This document shows positions 24,051 through 37,700 of a stretch of DNA of 64,000 bases, piece by piece (positions within the stretch are counted from its first letter, which is position 1; each line of letters opens with the position of its first letter). Made by a program: the position numbers and the translations under genes. The stretch covers positions 22,028,871 through 22,092,870 of the forward strand of contig NC_092676.1 of the NCBI RefSeq assembly GCF_964355755.1, read 5' to 3'. The notes below the pieces were generated by a model. That model made no database searches. It worked only from the letters and a program-made list of their open reading frames with translations, and was not told where the DNA came from. Origin of the DNA: Antedon mediterranea (Eukaryota > Animalia > Echinodermata).

Positions 24051-24479
24051 TTTACCTGTTACCTTGTTCAATGTTTGCAAGGACAATCAGGGCTAGGTCT
24101 TGTCGCATCAAGACGGTGTTCCAACAGCCAAGATTCGATATAGTGATGCGATTCTGGATTCTGAAAAATTAAGTGATTTAGACCGAGTTAAACTGCACCT
24201 TAGTGTAAGTGTATCTAATAAATTTCAGTATATCACCGGGCGGTATAATTAATGTTCTTTGCCTGATTTGTTTATATATTAATATATTAATATATTAATG
24301 CACAAGAAAAGACAGAAGATTTAGCAAGGTAAGATTTATCATGTCTATAGTTTCCAGATTGTTGCAACCTACGTATGTGAAACATGGTGATTAACCAAAG
24401 AAGAAAGCCTCTATATGTATACCATGGACCGCCATAAGAACCAACAAAAGTGTTTGGCACAAAATAGGCAAAAATTAGA

Positions 24480-24670
24480 ACAGATTGCCAGTTTGAAAAA
24501 AAAAGATTATGTTTGGAAAAAATGAGGGAAGAAGACAACGAATCAGATGGATAGAGGGAATATGTGATGCAGCCAAACTCCCAGTAATTAAGCAGGATTG
24601 CCAAAATCAAGCGCAAGATCGGCCTGTACACAGGAGAGTGTACTCGGATGAATGGAACGCGACGAAGATA
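24480..24670 (+). mobile_element. RTE-type LINE 3' remnant
   Basis: IMFGKNEGRRQRIRWIEGI resembles the C-terminal G...R.RW.D motif of RTE ORF2. Confidence 0.5.
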
Positions 24671-25567
24671 GAACCAAGGAAGCTTCCTTGGTTCTATCTA
24701 CAAGAGAAGTATATAACATTAACACGTAACTATATAGCGCACATTTCTATGAAACTCATAATAATCAGCGGCGCTTTACATCCTATCATGTAATTGTAGC
24801 CTATACTTCGAAATAAAAAGTAATTAATTGTTTTAAACTGATTAAGTTATCTAAAAGTTTAATATTCGGCAAATTGTTCGAAATTCTTGAATACCCTTGC
24901 AATTATCGGTTGCTTTCGTAATTTAATTTTTATTCAATTATGAAAATGTGATATATTTACATATAATATTACTAGAGTTTGTCTAGTAACTATTTGTATG
25001 AACTTACTCAGATCTTGTGCAATATTATACAAATAAATAAAGTTCATAGGTGAAATGAAGAAAATATTATTATTATTAACTATTGATAAAACACAAATTG
25101 TTTGTCATTTTTTAGAAGGTACATTACGTTTATCTCAGATTCTTTTCTCTCTATTCTAGTAGACTTACGACTTATTTGATGTTTCTCTTTTAACCACTGT
25201 CTACACTATCAAACTAATAAAAATGGAATGTGCACATAATGGACACGATGACGTCATATCAATACCATAATATGGGACATCACACTTTTTTTGTGAAACT
25301 ATTTTGATAGTGTAGGCTAGACAGAGCTTTTTTAACTGATGTTCGGGTCTCAAACGCAGAAGACAACCCTAAGTGTTAACCCTCATCACACCTGCCAATT
25401 TTAGCGTTTAGACCCTCCAGCTAACTATGTCGTTCGGTCGGTTGGTCAGTAAATCCTAACTTGAGCACGCGGCTACAGCCATGTATATGGCCTTGTTCAT
25501 ACTCGCCTTTCGCCTAGTATTGTAAATATGAGTAAGGTATCACTTATTATTTGTTAATTTTATTATA

Positions 25568-27944
25568 CTAGATGGTACGGTCGCTTCGCTCGCGTACCAT
25601 CTAGGTCGTGCCCACAGATGGTTCTCGAATACATAATAATTTCAGCTTAAAAAACTGGCGATTTCAAATGTACGTACCGCAGGCTGTACAGGAACGAATA
25701 AATAGACACTGTGATTTATGTACTCAACTAAAAAAGGAACAATTTTTAAATATATTCTTTATCCATTTAGTAACGAAATATTAATTGAACTTATTCAACC
25801 TTATGTTCCTAAGTGGTCTCTGAGATCTAGATCTGAGTCTCTTCTTGCCCATATATTTCATCCTTCCACTAAGTTTAATGAAAACCACCTCTATTCGGGG
25901 AAAATCATAAATTCGATTTAATCGTCAATAAGTATTAATAAGTATTATCTAACTCGACTTAATTAGTAGGCCTAATGGTTTTCAATTGTTTCTTAGAGCC
26001 AATTCATACTTAAGGTGGTTCCTACCCTACCCACCAAAGTTGTTCTGCGTTTAGGGCATGTGATGTAGGCTACCGTAGGCCTATCTTCTACTGGTTTTAC
26101 AACGCTACTAATGCCAGTGAGGGAAGGGTGATGATGTGGGTGGTTTAACTGCAATAATAAAGATTTATACATAATATACGGCGAGTGAAAACGCTAGCTC
26201 TTTATCCGTTTAAGAAAAATGTATATTATATCCAACCTCTGCAGCACAGATTGAAAAAAAAATGGATCGAATTTCTGTTATGAGTATACAGTACTTGCCT
26301 TTACGACGCCTGAGGGAATAGACACTTGTGGAACAGAGATTGGAATGTTCCATTCATCGCAAATCAATACATTTGTATAAACGTAAATTAAATCTATCAA
26401 AATTTTTTTTAAAGAAAATCGGCCTGTCTTTAACATTATGATGCTGTACTCTAGCTGTTCAACCGGTTTTCAGCTATTAAAAACAATTATCGTAGGAGGA
26501 GATAGGAAAATTCGAAGCCTCCTCGCATTTTTGTGGCGGGTATTTTTCAAGATGTACATCCATTAGACAGTGTATACCACGATCGGAAAACACCCCTATT
26601 TCGCGATTTACCAAATTTTGCCCTTACGTAAATTTATATATAGATAAGAATTAAATGGTACGCTCGCTTCGCTCGCGTACCATCTAGGTCGTGCCCACAG
26701 ATGGTTATCGAATACACAGTACAGGGTAAAAAATCTGGCGATTTCAAATGCACGTACCACAGGACTATAATACATTGTCGTTTACAGAAACGAATAAGTA
26801 GACACAATGATTTATGTAGTCAACCAAAATTAACACCACAAAATGAGTCCAAATTGTTTATTCATTTAAAGAAACCCAATTAGGGTTGAGGGATGGGAAA
26901 GAGGATAGGTACAAAGAGGAACAATGTTTAAATATATTCTTTATCCACGTCAGTAACGAAATATTGTTTTCATTTTTTATAGGCCTATAAATAATATACC
27001 ACTAACGGTGACTAAATATAGTAAAACATTTGCGATTTAATACTTTGTTAAAACTGTCACTGTCATAGTCGATTGAAATAGTAAAGTACATGTAACGATA
27101 CACCACTACGACGTTTATATTTTTTGTAATTATTAATTAATAAATGCAAACGTTGAGAAGCAACTGTCAGTAATAAAGTTTATTTGTATATTACGTGTTT
27201 ATAATATCTAACAGTAGAGCCTACCCATAATCACAGTAATAAAGTTTATTTGTATATATTTTTTTACATCTAACAGTATTCACAGTAAGAAATGTTTGTA
27301 TATATTTTTTTACATCTAACAGTATTCACAGTAAGAAATGTTCGATTCAATTGGCGACCAAAAATGGTTAATAGGTAGGCCTATTTGCAGTACTGTATTG
27401 TCAAAGTATTGCAAGTTTATTTTCCAAGGGCTCATAAATTTACCTACTTGTCTTAAACCAAACTGGCAGACTGAGAGATTGGAATGTTCCATTCATCGCG
27501 AATCAATACATTTGTAAAAACGTAAATTAAATCTATCAAAATAGTATTTTTAAAAGAAAATCGGCCTGTCTTCAACATTATGATGCTGTACTCGAGCAGT
27601 TCAACCGGTTTTCAGCTATTAAAAACAATTATCGTAGGAGGAGATAGGAAAATGCGAAGCGTCCTCGCATTATTGTGTGCGGGTATTTTTCAAGTTGGAC
27701 ATCCATTAGACAGTGTATGCCACGATCGGAAAACACCCCTATTTGGGGCAAATCGTTGAACCTAAATTCGTTTTAATCGTCAATAACTAATTATCTAACT
27801 TAATTTAATTAGTAAACAGGGTTACATCAGGTGGTTAAAATCAGTACCGAAAGTACGAACCAACTTTATATACCATCGAGTAAAAATTCTAGAAGTAAGG
27901 CGCGATTTACCGAATTTTGCCCTTACGTAAATTTATATATAGAT
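25568..27944 (+). mobile_element. Two head-to-tail Helitron/Helentron-like non-autonomous elements (25568-26645 and 26655-27944)
   Basis: Shared 5' end ATGGTACGxTCGCTTCGCTCGCGTACCATCTAG (hairpin). Shared internal block 26335-26600 / 27475-27744. Shared 3' end TTTTGCCCTTACGTAAATTTATATATAGAT. No TIR or TSD seen. Confidence 0.72.
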
Positions 27945-28416
27945 ATAGGCCTATAACACTAGCAGCGCTGCATAAGTTACTGTACCAGTCTAGGACGATT
28001 AGCCTATTAAAAAGTAAATAAATTTACATCTTTTTATAGATTTTATATCAAAAATGAAACGCAAAGAATTGAAAAATAGTTTAAGTAGGCCTACATTTAT
28101 AAATAATTATTGTTCTCATTTATAATCAAATTTTATTGTCAATACTTAACTGTCCTTACAATGCATTTAGAACTATTTGGGGACTAGTAGTGGTTTAACA
28201 TAAAAAACAGCAGAAGTAAATAATACCGAACATTAAACACTACTTCAATTTACAGAGTTGTATTATTCGTAAGAATCGAACAATTTCATATTATTATTAT
28301 TTACTCTATTTTCCACTGGACATGCTACAAAAGTGAAATAAGAATCTACGTGGATTAACACGTTTTAAAATATTGCTAGACCATACTGAAGAGCACTACA
28401 CAAACCGTACTGTAAT

Positions 28417-29879
28417 ATGAATGAATGGTTACCGTACATTGTAAGTAGGCTACACTTTGAATGTTTACTGAGTAGGAGGCTTAAGTATGGTAATATACGC
28501 CATTACAATAGTTGTACAATGAATATGCAATATATTAGATGAATAAATAAAGTTTGAAATGTAAAATCATAATGGCTTGCCTCCATTTGTTTTCTGAGTT
28601 TGTTCTACTGTATTATGCGATTAATTAGGGCATCAATATGACATAATAGGGGGTGAGCATGTGTAAATTTATTCAGTTATACTCGTTGATAGTCGATAGT
28701 ACCAAATAACAACACTAATCAACTATTTTATATTTAGGTGATGTATTCCTATTATCATCGAACGTTTTACATTGTTTTACTTTCTTTGATGTCATTGGTT
28801 CCGTCGTTGTTTCTGGTATATAGCTCATCAAAAAGTGTGGAAAATAAAATAGTGATGAAGCCGGCTACACCAACAAAGGCAAGGTACAAGAATGATTCAA
28901 CTCAATTTAATTCAACTGTATTTACACACCGAGTTCCAGATCATTCAGTTCTCAAAGCTAGTTCTAAAAGTGTTGGAAAACTGGTTCATTTAGGACCTAA
29001 AGGTCGAGAATTTGACTTCCGGACAAAAATAGATTTTACGCCTTCGGTAAGAAACGCCTTGCTTTGTATTTAAAATGAGAAATTGATAGCATGTATCTAT
29101 AGTTACTATAGTACGAAAGCCTAATCCTGCCACATGAGTATAAACATTATACAATCAATATGAAAATAGCTATGTCGAAATTTAGACCTACAATGTTGAA
29201 ATTTTGACACAGTAATTGGAAACAATCAGATAGAGTTTGAATAACGTTAGAAGAATCGGGTGAACAAGATGTAAAATTAATGGACTTTATTATCGTCTGT
29301 GTTGTATTCGTTTGTAGTTTTACAGATTTCTCATCTGAAATAGGGTTCATCATGAATATCCTCACAGACATGTTACAATGACATTGACGATGACCATACT
29401 GTAATATATCTGAATCATATATACATTGCTCATATAAAGTTTACGTTTATCATAATGCAAATTCTGTGTAAAACTTCAGTGCAATTCAAAGTAACAACAT
29501 AATTATCTTGCCTTTAACCTATATTTTCATATCAAATACAATATAGTGTAGCTTATTGTCTTTGTCTACTTTGCATCTATTTTTCATTTTGTTCAGTATA
29601 ATTATGTCATCATCTAAATTATGCAAGTTTTGAAAAAAATATTAAAACAATTACACTCCTATTGCCAAATAATGTCAATTCCAGAATAAAAAAAAAATCA
29701 TGTACTAGATCCAATACAAATAACAAAGAAACATTTAAGACTTCCATTAAGGCAAGCCAATAGCCGTAAACACTGAAGCCACTATTTTCTTTTATAACAT
29801 TATAATTTAAACATAAATAAAACATCAATGTACAATAATTTGACAATAATTCATTTCATTCATTATGCACTTAAAAACG

Positions 29880-29913
<34 letters not shown>

Positions 29914-32908
29914 AATAAGCAATTAATAATTATCAACTGATTCAACAATGTTTTTTCAGACTTGCGCAACCTCCATTCAGAAAAGGTTCTTGGGGAGTAA
30001 TTGGGCATCGAGTAAGTTCATGCCAAGTATCACCATGGCGATGCATCAGGGCGCGATGTCAAATGCAGAGTATAAAAGACTGCATGCATTTGGTATGCCT
30101 TATGGTCTAAAGGGCTATAACGGTACTGACTTGTCTTACAAAGGTAAGAATTACCGTACAAAGGTAAGAATTACCGTACATAATCTATTTTTACACGTAC
30201 CCGTATAAAAACGATGACGATAGAAAACACTTTTAGGATCATTAACCTGGAATCTTCCAATTCTACGAATTTCAAGAAACTATTATGATAATGGTAAGGC
30301 TGTAAATTCCTGATATAGGTCTACAATAAAAATTATATCTGTTTTTTTCTTTGTGTATCGTACCGTATCGAAACAAATCAAATATAAAAAAAATCATGAC
30401 ATTTTAAATAATTTTTAGATTTTCTAGTATTATTTATCAAATTAGTTTATCTCAAGCATTAATATGATATATTGTCGATCCCTAAAAAAAGATTAATAAA
30501 TAAGACTTTGAATAGGTTATTTTGTAGTTTTAATAATGTTAATCACTTCTGCAGAAAAAACGGGAAATATAATGTTTTCACTTAAAAAGAAGCAACAAAA
30601 ATTGTCAGTCAATTTGACAATATTTTTTTGCTTTAAATTACAGTTTTTCAGGTAAATAAGTTTGTGTTCGATCAAATTTTTTGTCAAAAGTGAATATTAC
30701 TATTATTGAACATAAACATGGCATATTTAAAAAAATGTGTTTCAAGGCGAACATTATTTTAAAACTACAGTATTGCTTTAAATTACAGTTTTTTCATTCA
30801 GGTAAATATTTTTGTTCCGATCCATTCTTTTGTCAAAGCGAGTAACTGTTGAGACATGAAAATGGCCTATTCAACACAAAAATGTGGAAAAAAAATATTT
30901 GTAGGGGGACAATATGGTTTTTATAATAGCCGTAACATATTATTTTGTACCACCACACGCTTACTGAAGGATAACAATCATAAATAGCTTATACCTATAT
31001 AAAACAACTTATGTTTTTACTGTAGATCTGCAAGAAATACTATCAAAGCTACCTCATGAAGACAGTATATTAGAATTTTCTAGTAAAGAGAAACCGACAT
31101 GTTTAAGCTGTGCTGTTATTGGCAATGGTGGTATTCTTAATGGTTCTAAGCTTGGAAAAGAAATAGACGGACATGATCTTGTATTTCGGTAATTTATTTA
31201 GTAATAAAACTATAGAGTAGTAATTCTTATAGTACGGCATGTCAAGGGATACGGTGTTTATATTTATATAGTAGAATCTGAACTGAGCCTGCAAGAGCTA
31301 AGTCAACCATTCTCGCATGGCGGCAATAAACATTGGCCTGTGTGCATAAAAAAAATATATTTCTTAAATAGGCCTATTATCTATCTGTGAAATAAATTGG
31401 TATCATCTTTAACTAATTTTTAGATGTTAATTATTTCTATACATTGTTGTGATTCGTTTAGAAAATACAAATACCACATTTAGTTTTTTCCTACTGTAGA
31501 TCAGACCAAACGCTTCAATGTTGGTCTCATTCTGATTGTGATCATTGTTATTCTTTTTATAAGTGTGAACCACGCAATTCGAAGAGGATTTGAAGAAGAT
31601 ATAGGTAATAAAACTACACATTACGTAATGATGGACCGATCACTAACACACACAAGTAAAGAAGACGTTCCACGAGATAAGGTAACATATGATGACGACG
31701 AAATAGAGCATTTGAGAATCAATTGTTATTCAGTTTAAGTTTTGCACGGCTTAGGCCTAATGTAATATTCATTATTTGCATGCAGTTAGAAAAAAAAATG
31801 TATTCATTTTATACCAAAAATGACATACTAAAAGTTAAATGTAGCCTATAAATGTTTTGTAATATTCGGAATATCAAAGAAATTACTGAAGTACAATTAG
31901 ATCATCTATTTCCACTCAAGAAACCATTATCAACAATAATACATCTTAAACGTTTATATTTCTATAAAATATTTGATCGCAATATTAATAACGTCGTAAA
32001 TCAAATCGTTTCTTCCGTCAGGGAATTATGTATGTGTTCTTACCGTGCAGAAGATTAGACTACAGTTATATAAAAGATGCTATTGGACGGCCTAACCCAA
32101 AGCTGAAGTTGGTTACTGATGCAAACAATATGAGAATACTTCATCCGGATTTCGTTCGTTACATTAACAAAATGTAAGTAGGCCTAAATTCATATAGAAC
32201 AAAATAATTGTCGGCTGCTCTTGTATCTTGTTTTTTATTTTTCCAATTGAAATGTATTTTCTTATTGTAATGTTGTACTTTTTTTCACCTTATGTGAAAT
32301 AGAATTCATGTTTTTATAATAATGCATTATGATAAAAGAATATCCATTGATTATCTTATAACCAATTATGTTCTGAAATTAATTAGATGATCTCTAATGT
32401 AAACGGTGATTCAGTTTATTTACCATGGAGATCGACCACGAGATGTGGCATTCCATCGACCAATCAGATACGCCACTCAATCACACAGCCCTTTTGAAAT
32501 AATTTATACAAATTTTTTTATTAAATTCCTTTGTGTTTTTTTGTTACTAATAATGTACATTCATTTTATTGAATACCTATTATTGTTTTGTACAGGATAC
32601 ATTTCATTTAAGATAATCCTAGTTATTTTTTTTTTATGTTTAACTTTTTAGTTGGATTCAAAGAAAGCGTTTCTTTCGGCCAACAACTGGCGGTATGATG
32701 TTCATGTCAGCACTCCATTGTGGATGTGACTCTGTTGATGTGTACGGTATGGGTAATAATAAACAATTATTCTGCTCACTATTACGACTTAAAATATGAA
32801 AGATATAAGTACAATGGTGGGCATGACTTTAACCGAAAGATTGAAATTCTGAAAGCGTTAGACAAAGAGGGCATCATTAATTGGTACAAGCGAGATGTTA
32901 AATTTTAG
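28417..32908 (+). pseudogene. ST6GALNAC2: ST6GalNAc1/2-type alpha-2,6-sialyltransferase (GT29), apparently frameshifted in its last exon
   Basis: Exons 28417-28440 (tentative), 28738-29046, 29960-30143, 31026-31188, 31564-31681, 32022-32173, 32652-32908. N-terminal TM anchor. Sialylmotif L ([29 protein letters not shown]...EEDIGNKTT), LHPDFVRY and motif S (RPTTGGMM...CDSVDVYGM) are in frame. HYYD, HDF and GIINWYKR are in a different frame. Family call is strong; pseudogene status could be a sequence error. Confidence 0.8.
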
Positions 32909-33379
32909 AAGTAGCCTGCACATGCAAAAGCCGTATTATATCATTAGTTTAATATTTAACTAATACTGTATCATTGCCATTTGTTGCTTTCTTACTATCG
33001 AGTGGCGTTGATGCATTTTTTTAAATTCAATTTAAAGTTGATATACAATAGTTCGATTCAACGACTTAATTATTAATGCGACACCGAAGAGCGAAACATG
33101 CTAAACTTCAAACACGGTAACCATGGAAAAATAAGTATAGAACTTATACCTGCGTGATGTTACTCCGTTCCCAATTTATTTCTCCATGCAGTATTCAGAC
33201 TACATTTTAAACTGAAATAATGTTAATGTTGTAGGCCTATACATACATAAATGACTACAGACTTTGGGTTTGCAGTTTATCTTATGTATTGTGCAATGTT
33301 AGTGAAGAAGTCATTGACTTCGTTTCAAATATTCAAACTGTGTTTGTAAAACTTTTATTTTCAATAACGTTCTTAAGGC

Positions 33380-33682
33380 TTAAATCTATATATAATATCA
33401 TAATATCTAATAAATTCACACAAAATAAACAATATCACACTCATCAAACAAGACAAAAAGATCAGTATTACCTGCCACTCACTCGAACCAATTTTAAAAT
33501 GAACACCTTTGTATATACTGGACCTAAACTCTGGAATTGTTTTTTAGAGTGCCTAATTTTGTAATATTTATTTTGTATATGTTTGTTTTGAGGAGCCTAT
33601 TCACTACAAGCTATATGCTTTAATGTACTGTAGGCTCCTCCACTCTATACGTTATTAATAGTATAGTGAAATAAAATAAAAT
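33380..33682 (+). mobile_element. CR1/L2-group LINE 3' remnant
   Basis: HTHQTRQ...YLPLTRTN...YTGPKLWN, then a 3' stem-loop GAGGAGCCTA...TAGGCTCCTC and an AATAAA-rich tail. Confidence 0.65.
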
Positions 33683-34594
33683 GAAGTATATATTCTAAAA
33701 TGTCTGTTTTATCAAGGTTTAACTTAGGCCTTTTTTTAATATTTAAATTAAATATCTAACCTTATAATAGTAACAGATTATGTATAAACGTGTTTTTCTA
33801 TTATTATATTAAATATGATGTCATGTAATTTTAATTAAATGACATCATATTTAAAATATTAATATAGAATTGCTTAAAAGCAGTTTTCTTTGAAAACATA
33901 TAAGCAGCTTATTAGTTGCTTAAAGATATCTATAGATCAGGACAGATTCGTCTTTAAATGTCGTAATGAGAATTGCATGGGCACAACATTTTTCTTTTGT
34001 GTTACATACCCCTACCGCCCTCAGGTACGACAAGATTTAGTTACAAATAATAATGAAATAATTGTATCTAGAATAATACAATTGTGTGCTGGCGCCTAGC
34101 ATAATTTTGTTTTTCACCAAGGGCCACCCTGTATACGTGATATAAAGTTTGTATTAACGTCGTATATATTATAAGTTTAAAACTTAAAAGGGATAGTTTG
34201 TTTACGACGAGTTACGTAACTCTCTGGATAAGCATAAAACCATAATAACATAATTATATAGCCTATGCACATCCTGCTGCCCGGCTGCGATTTTTTTTTT
34301 CGTACATAAGTTGGGGACCCCCTCAAGAAACGTCACAAAATAAACATGAATAATTCATCAGTTAAATTTTCTTGTTCCGTGTGCACCCAAGCGTATACCA
34401 ACAAGAAGTGATTACACAAGTGCGGTACGATTCTAGGCCTATCTCCGCTGTTGTTGCCGCGTGCGATTTCATAGAAGAATAGCGGCGTTTTGTGTGGATT
34501 GTCGAAATAATCAGCCTTTGTTTATGGTGTTTTTAATATAATTTATTACTAAAGAATTACGTGTTAAAATTATAGTTTCTATTAATACTATAGG

Positions 34595-34723
34595 TGTTAT
34601 ATATGCATGTTGTAACGACGCCTTTGGCGTGCCATAATTGTTCTCTCTCTTCTGAATAAATGTTTAGTTGTACACGCTGTGTTTAGAGCCCTTACTTTAC
34701 ATTATAATTTACTATATACAACA
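34595..34723 (+). repeat. 5' LTR (129 bp)
   Basis: Identical to 38895-39023; contains AATAAA. Confidence 0.97.
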
Positions 34724-34741
34724 TAAATTTTGGCGACGAAG

Positions 34742-37700
34742 ATGAGCATGGCAGTTATAATAGGAAAGGTGGAAGAATTTGATTCATCTTTAGAAGCTTG
34801 GGATTCGTATACCGAACGGTTAGATCAATATTTTGTAGCCAACAAGGTCGATGATGATCGGAAGGTACCGGCATTGCTTGCACTCATCGGACCGAAAACG
34901 TACACGCTACTAAAGAATTTGTGTTCACCGGAGAAACCAGCGACACTGTCTTACGCAGATTTAATTACAAAGCTCACGACACATCTTTGCCCAAAGCCAT
35001 CGGAAATCGCTGAACGATTTCGGTTCTACAAAAGAGAACAGCATAGCGGGGAAAGCATTGCTTCATACATTGCTGAACTACGAAGGTTAGCCATTCATTG
35101 CAATTTCGGAAACACTTTGACCTCGACACTGCGAGACATTTTCGTCTGCGGGTTGCGTCAAGAGAACATTCAGAAACGTTTACTGGCGGTTCATGACCTT
35201 AAATTAGATGATGCAATTAAAACCGCTGTAGCTATGGAAACAGCAAGTCGTGATGCTACAGAATTTCAGAAAACAAGGACACCAAATACTACAGGTGAGA
35301 GCAATGTAAATAAGTTTACTACAAAAAATTACCAATCTAAAAGACACCAAGGTCATAAACAAAGTAAAGCATCTAGGCCTACACACTGTTACAGATGTGG
35401 TAATACAGGCCATAAAGCTGATCGCTGCAGGCACATACATACTGTTTGCAATTACTGTTCCAAGGAAGGACATCTAGAAAAAGTATGCATGAAGAAAAAG
35501 AAAGACAATAATGTGTCAAAGCCTAACACTGGTAACCTTAAAAAGAATGTACAGTATGTACAGGGAGAGGAAGTCAACTATGAACCTATGCTATATGCAA
35601 ATCATAAGTCAAAAGTGGAGCCAATTATAGTGGTTGCATCTATAAATGGAAAGAAAATCCCTATGGAATTGGACACTGGATCATCAGTATCACTGATTCC
35701 AGAGTTGACCTACAAGAAAGCATTCCAGTCGTTACCATTACAGAAAACTACAATTAGGTTGAAAACATATTCTGGTGAGACTATTGTACCAATAGGCATG
35801 CTAAATACTAAAGTGTGTCTTAACAATCATGAAGAACTTGCAGAGTTATTGGTCGTTCCATTGAACGGACCAGCCTTATTCGGACGTGATTGGCTAAAGA
35901 AGTTTAAATTAGATTGGCATGAAATAAAAGCCATTGATGAGGCAAAAGCAACAACTAAAGGTCTGGATGAAATTTTAGAAAAACATAAAGCTGTTTTTAA
36001 AGATGAATTGGGGAAACTGGAGAATATTAAAGCTAGTATCTACATCACTGAAAACAGCAAACCACAGTTCCACAAGCCAAGAAATGTCCCATATTCAATG
36101 AGGGACAAGGTCGAAAAAGAGCTTGGACGACTACAAAATCAAGAGATTATTAGCCCTGTGAAATACAGCGAATGGGCAGCTCCCATTGTACCTGTACAGA
36201 AGAAGTCAGGGCAAGTTAGAATCTGTGGTGACTTTAAAGTTACAATTAATCCTGTGATGAAAGTAGAACAGTACCCATTACCTAAAATAGAAGATATCTT
36301 TGCATCTCTAGCAGGAGGTCAGAAATTTACAAAAATTGACCTTAAACAAGCATATTTACAGATGGAAGTGGAAGACACTTCAAAGGAACTGTTAACTATT
36401 AATACGCATAAAGGGTTATTTAGATATAACCGACTTCCATTTGGTGTAGCCTCAGCTCCTGCAATCTGGCAAAGAGCGATGGACCAGGTACTGCAAAATG
36501 TACCCTTTACATCTTGCATATTGGATGATATGATCATCAGCGGAAAAACAACTGAGGAACACTTAAAAAACTTGGACACAGTTTTAGAGAGATTAGAGAA
36601 ATACAACTTAAGAGTAAATCGTGAGAAATGTGAGTTTTTCAAAGAGGACATCACATACTGTGGTCATGTGATAACTGAAAAAGGGTTACAGAAATCCCCT
36701 GACAAGATACATGCAGTTATCAATGCGCCAAAACCTGACAACAAACAGCAAATGCGATCATTCTTGGGTTTAATAAATTACTATCGTAGGTTTTTGCCAA
36801 ACTTATCGTCCATAGTCGCACCCCTGAATGAACTCTTACAAAATGAAAAAACTTGGAAATGGACAAATTCATGTGATGAAGCTTTTAAAGCGGTCAAAGA
36901 ACTTATAACTTCAGACCAAGTTCTATGCCACTATAATCCTGAACTAACAGTTAAACTAGCCTGTGATGCATCGCCATACGGCCTTGGTAGCGTTCTTTCA
37001 CATATTATGCCAGACGGAAAGGAAAGACCAATTGCATTTGCTTCTCGCTCCTTAACAAAAGCTGAAAAGGGCTATGCCCAAATAGATAAGGAAGCATTAG
37101 GACTTTATTGGGGAATACAAAAGTTTCATACTTACCTGCATGGCCGACATTTTACTTTGGTGACAGATCATAAGCCGCTAGTAAGCATCTTGCATCCACA
37201 AAAGTCAATTCCAGCAATGACTGCTGCAAGACTACAAAGATATGCCCTTTACCTATCTGGACATACATATGATATCGAATATCGCAACACGCACGCTCAT
37301 GGGAATGCTGATGGATTGAGTAGATTGCCTATACCTACAGATGTGATTGATTACGTCGATGAGGCATCTACATTCTACACCTCCCAGATTGAAAGGTTGC
37401 CGATATCAAGTACAGAAATACGGAAAGAAACACAGAAAGATCAGATTCTGTCACACGTATTAGATACTGTTTTAAAAGGGACTAACAAACTTCCTGACCA
37501 AGAAGCGTACACACCCTACAAGCGCCGTCTTACAGAACTTACTTGCCATCAAGGGTGTTTAATGTGGGGAAATCGAGTACTAATTCCAGATAGACTTCGT
37601 GCTGCTATTCTTAATGAAATACATGATGGACACATTGGGATTGTTAAGATGAAAAACTTAGCTCGCTCTTACATCTGGTGGCCTAACATTGATTGCGAAA

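Noticed and set aside
33797-33869. AT-rich hairpin (TAAATATGATGTCAT...ATGACATCATATTTA)
   Set aside because: Low complexity with indels; most likely a decayed MITE or chance palindrome.
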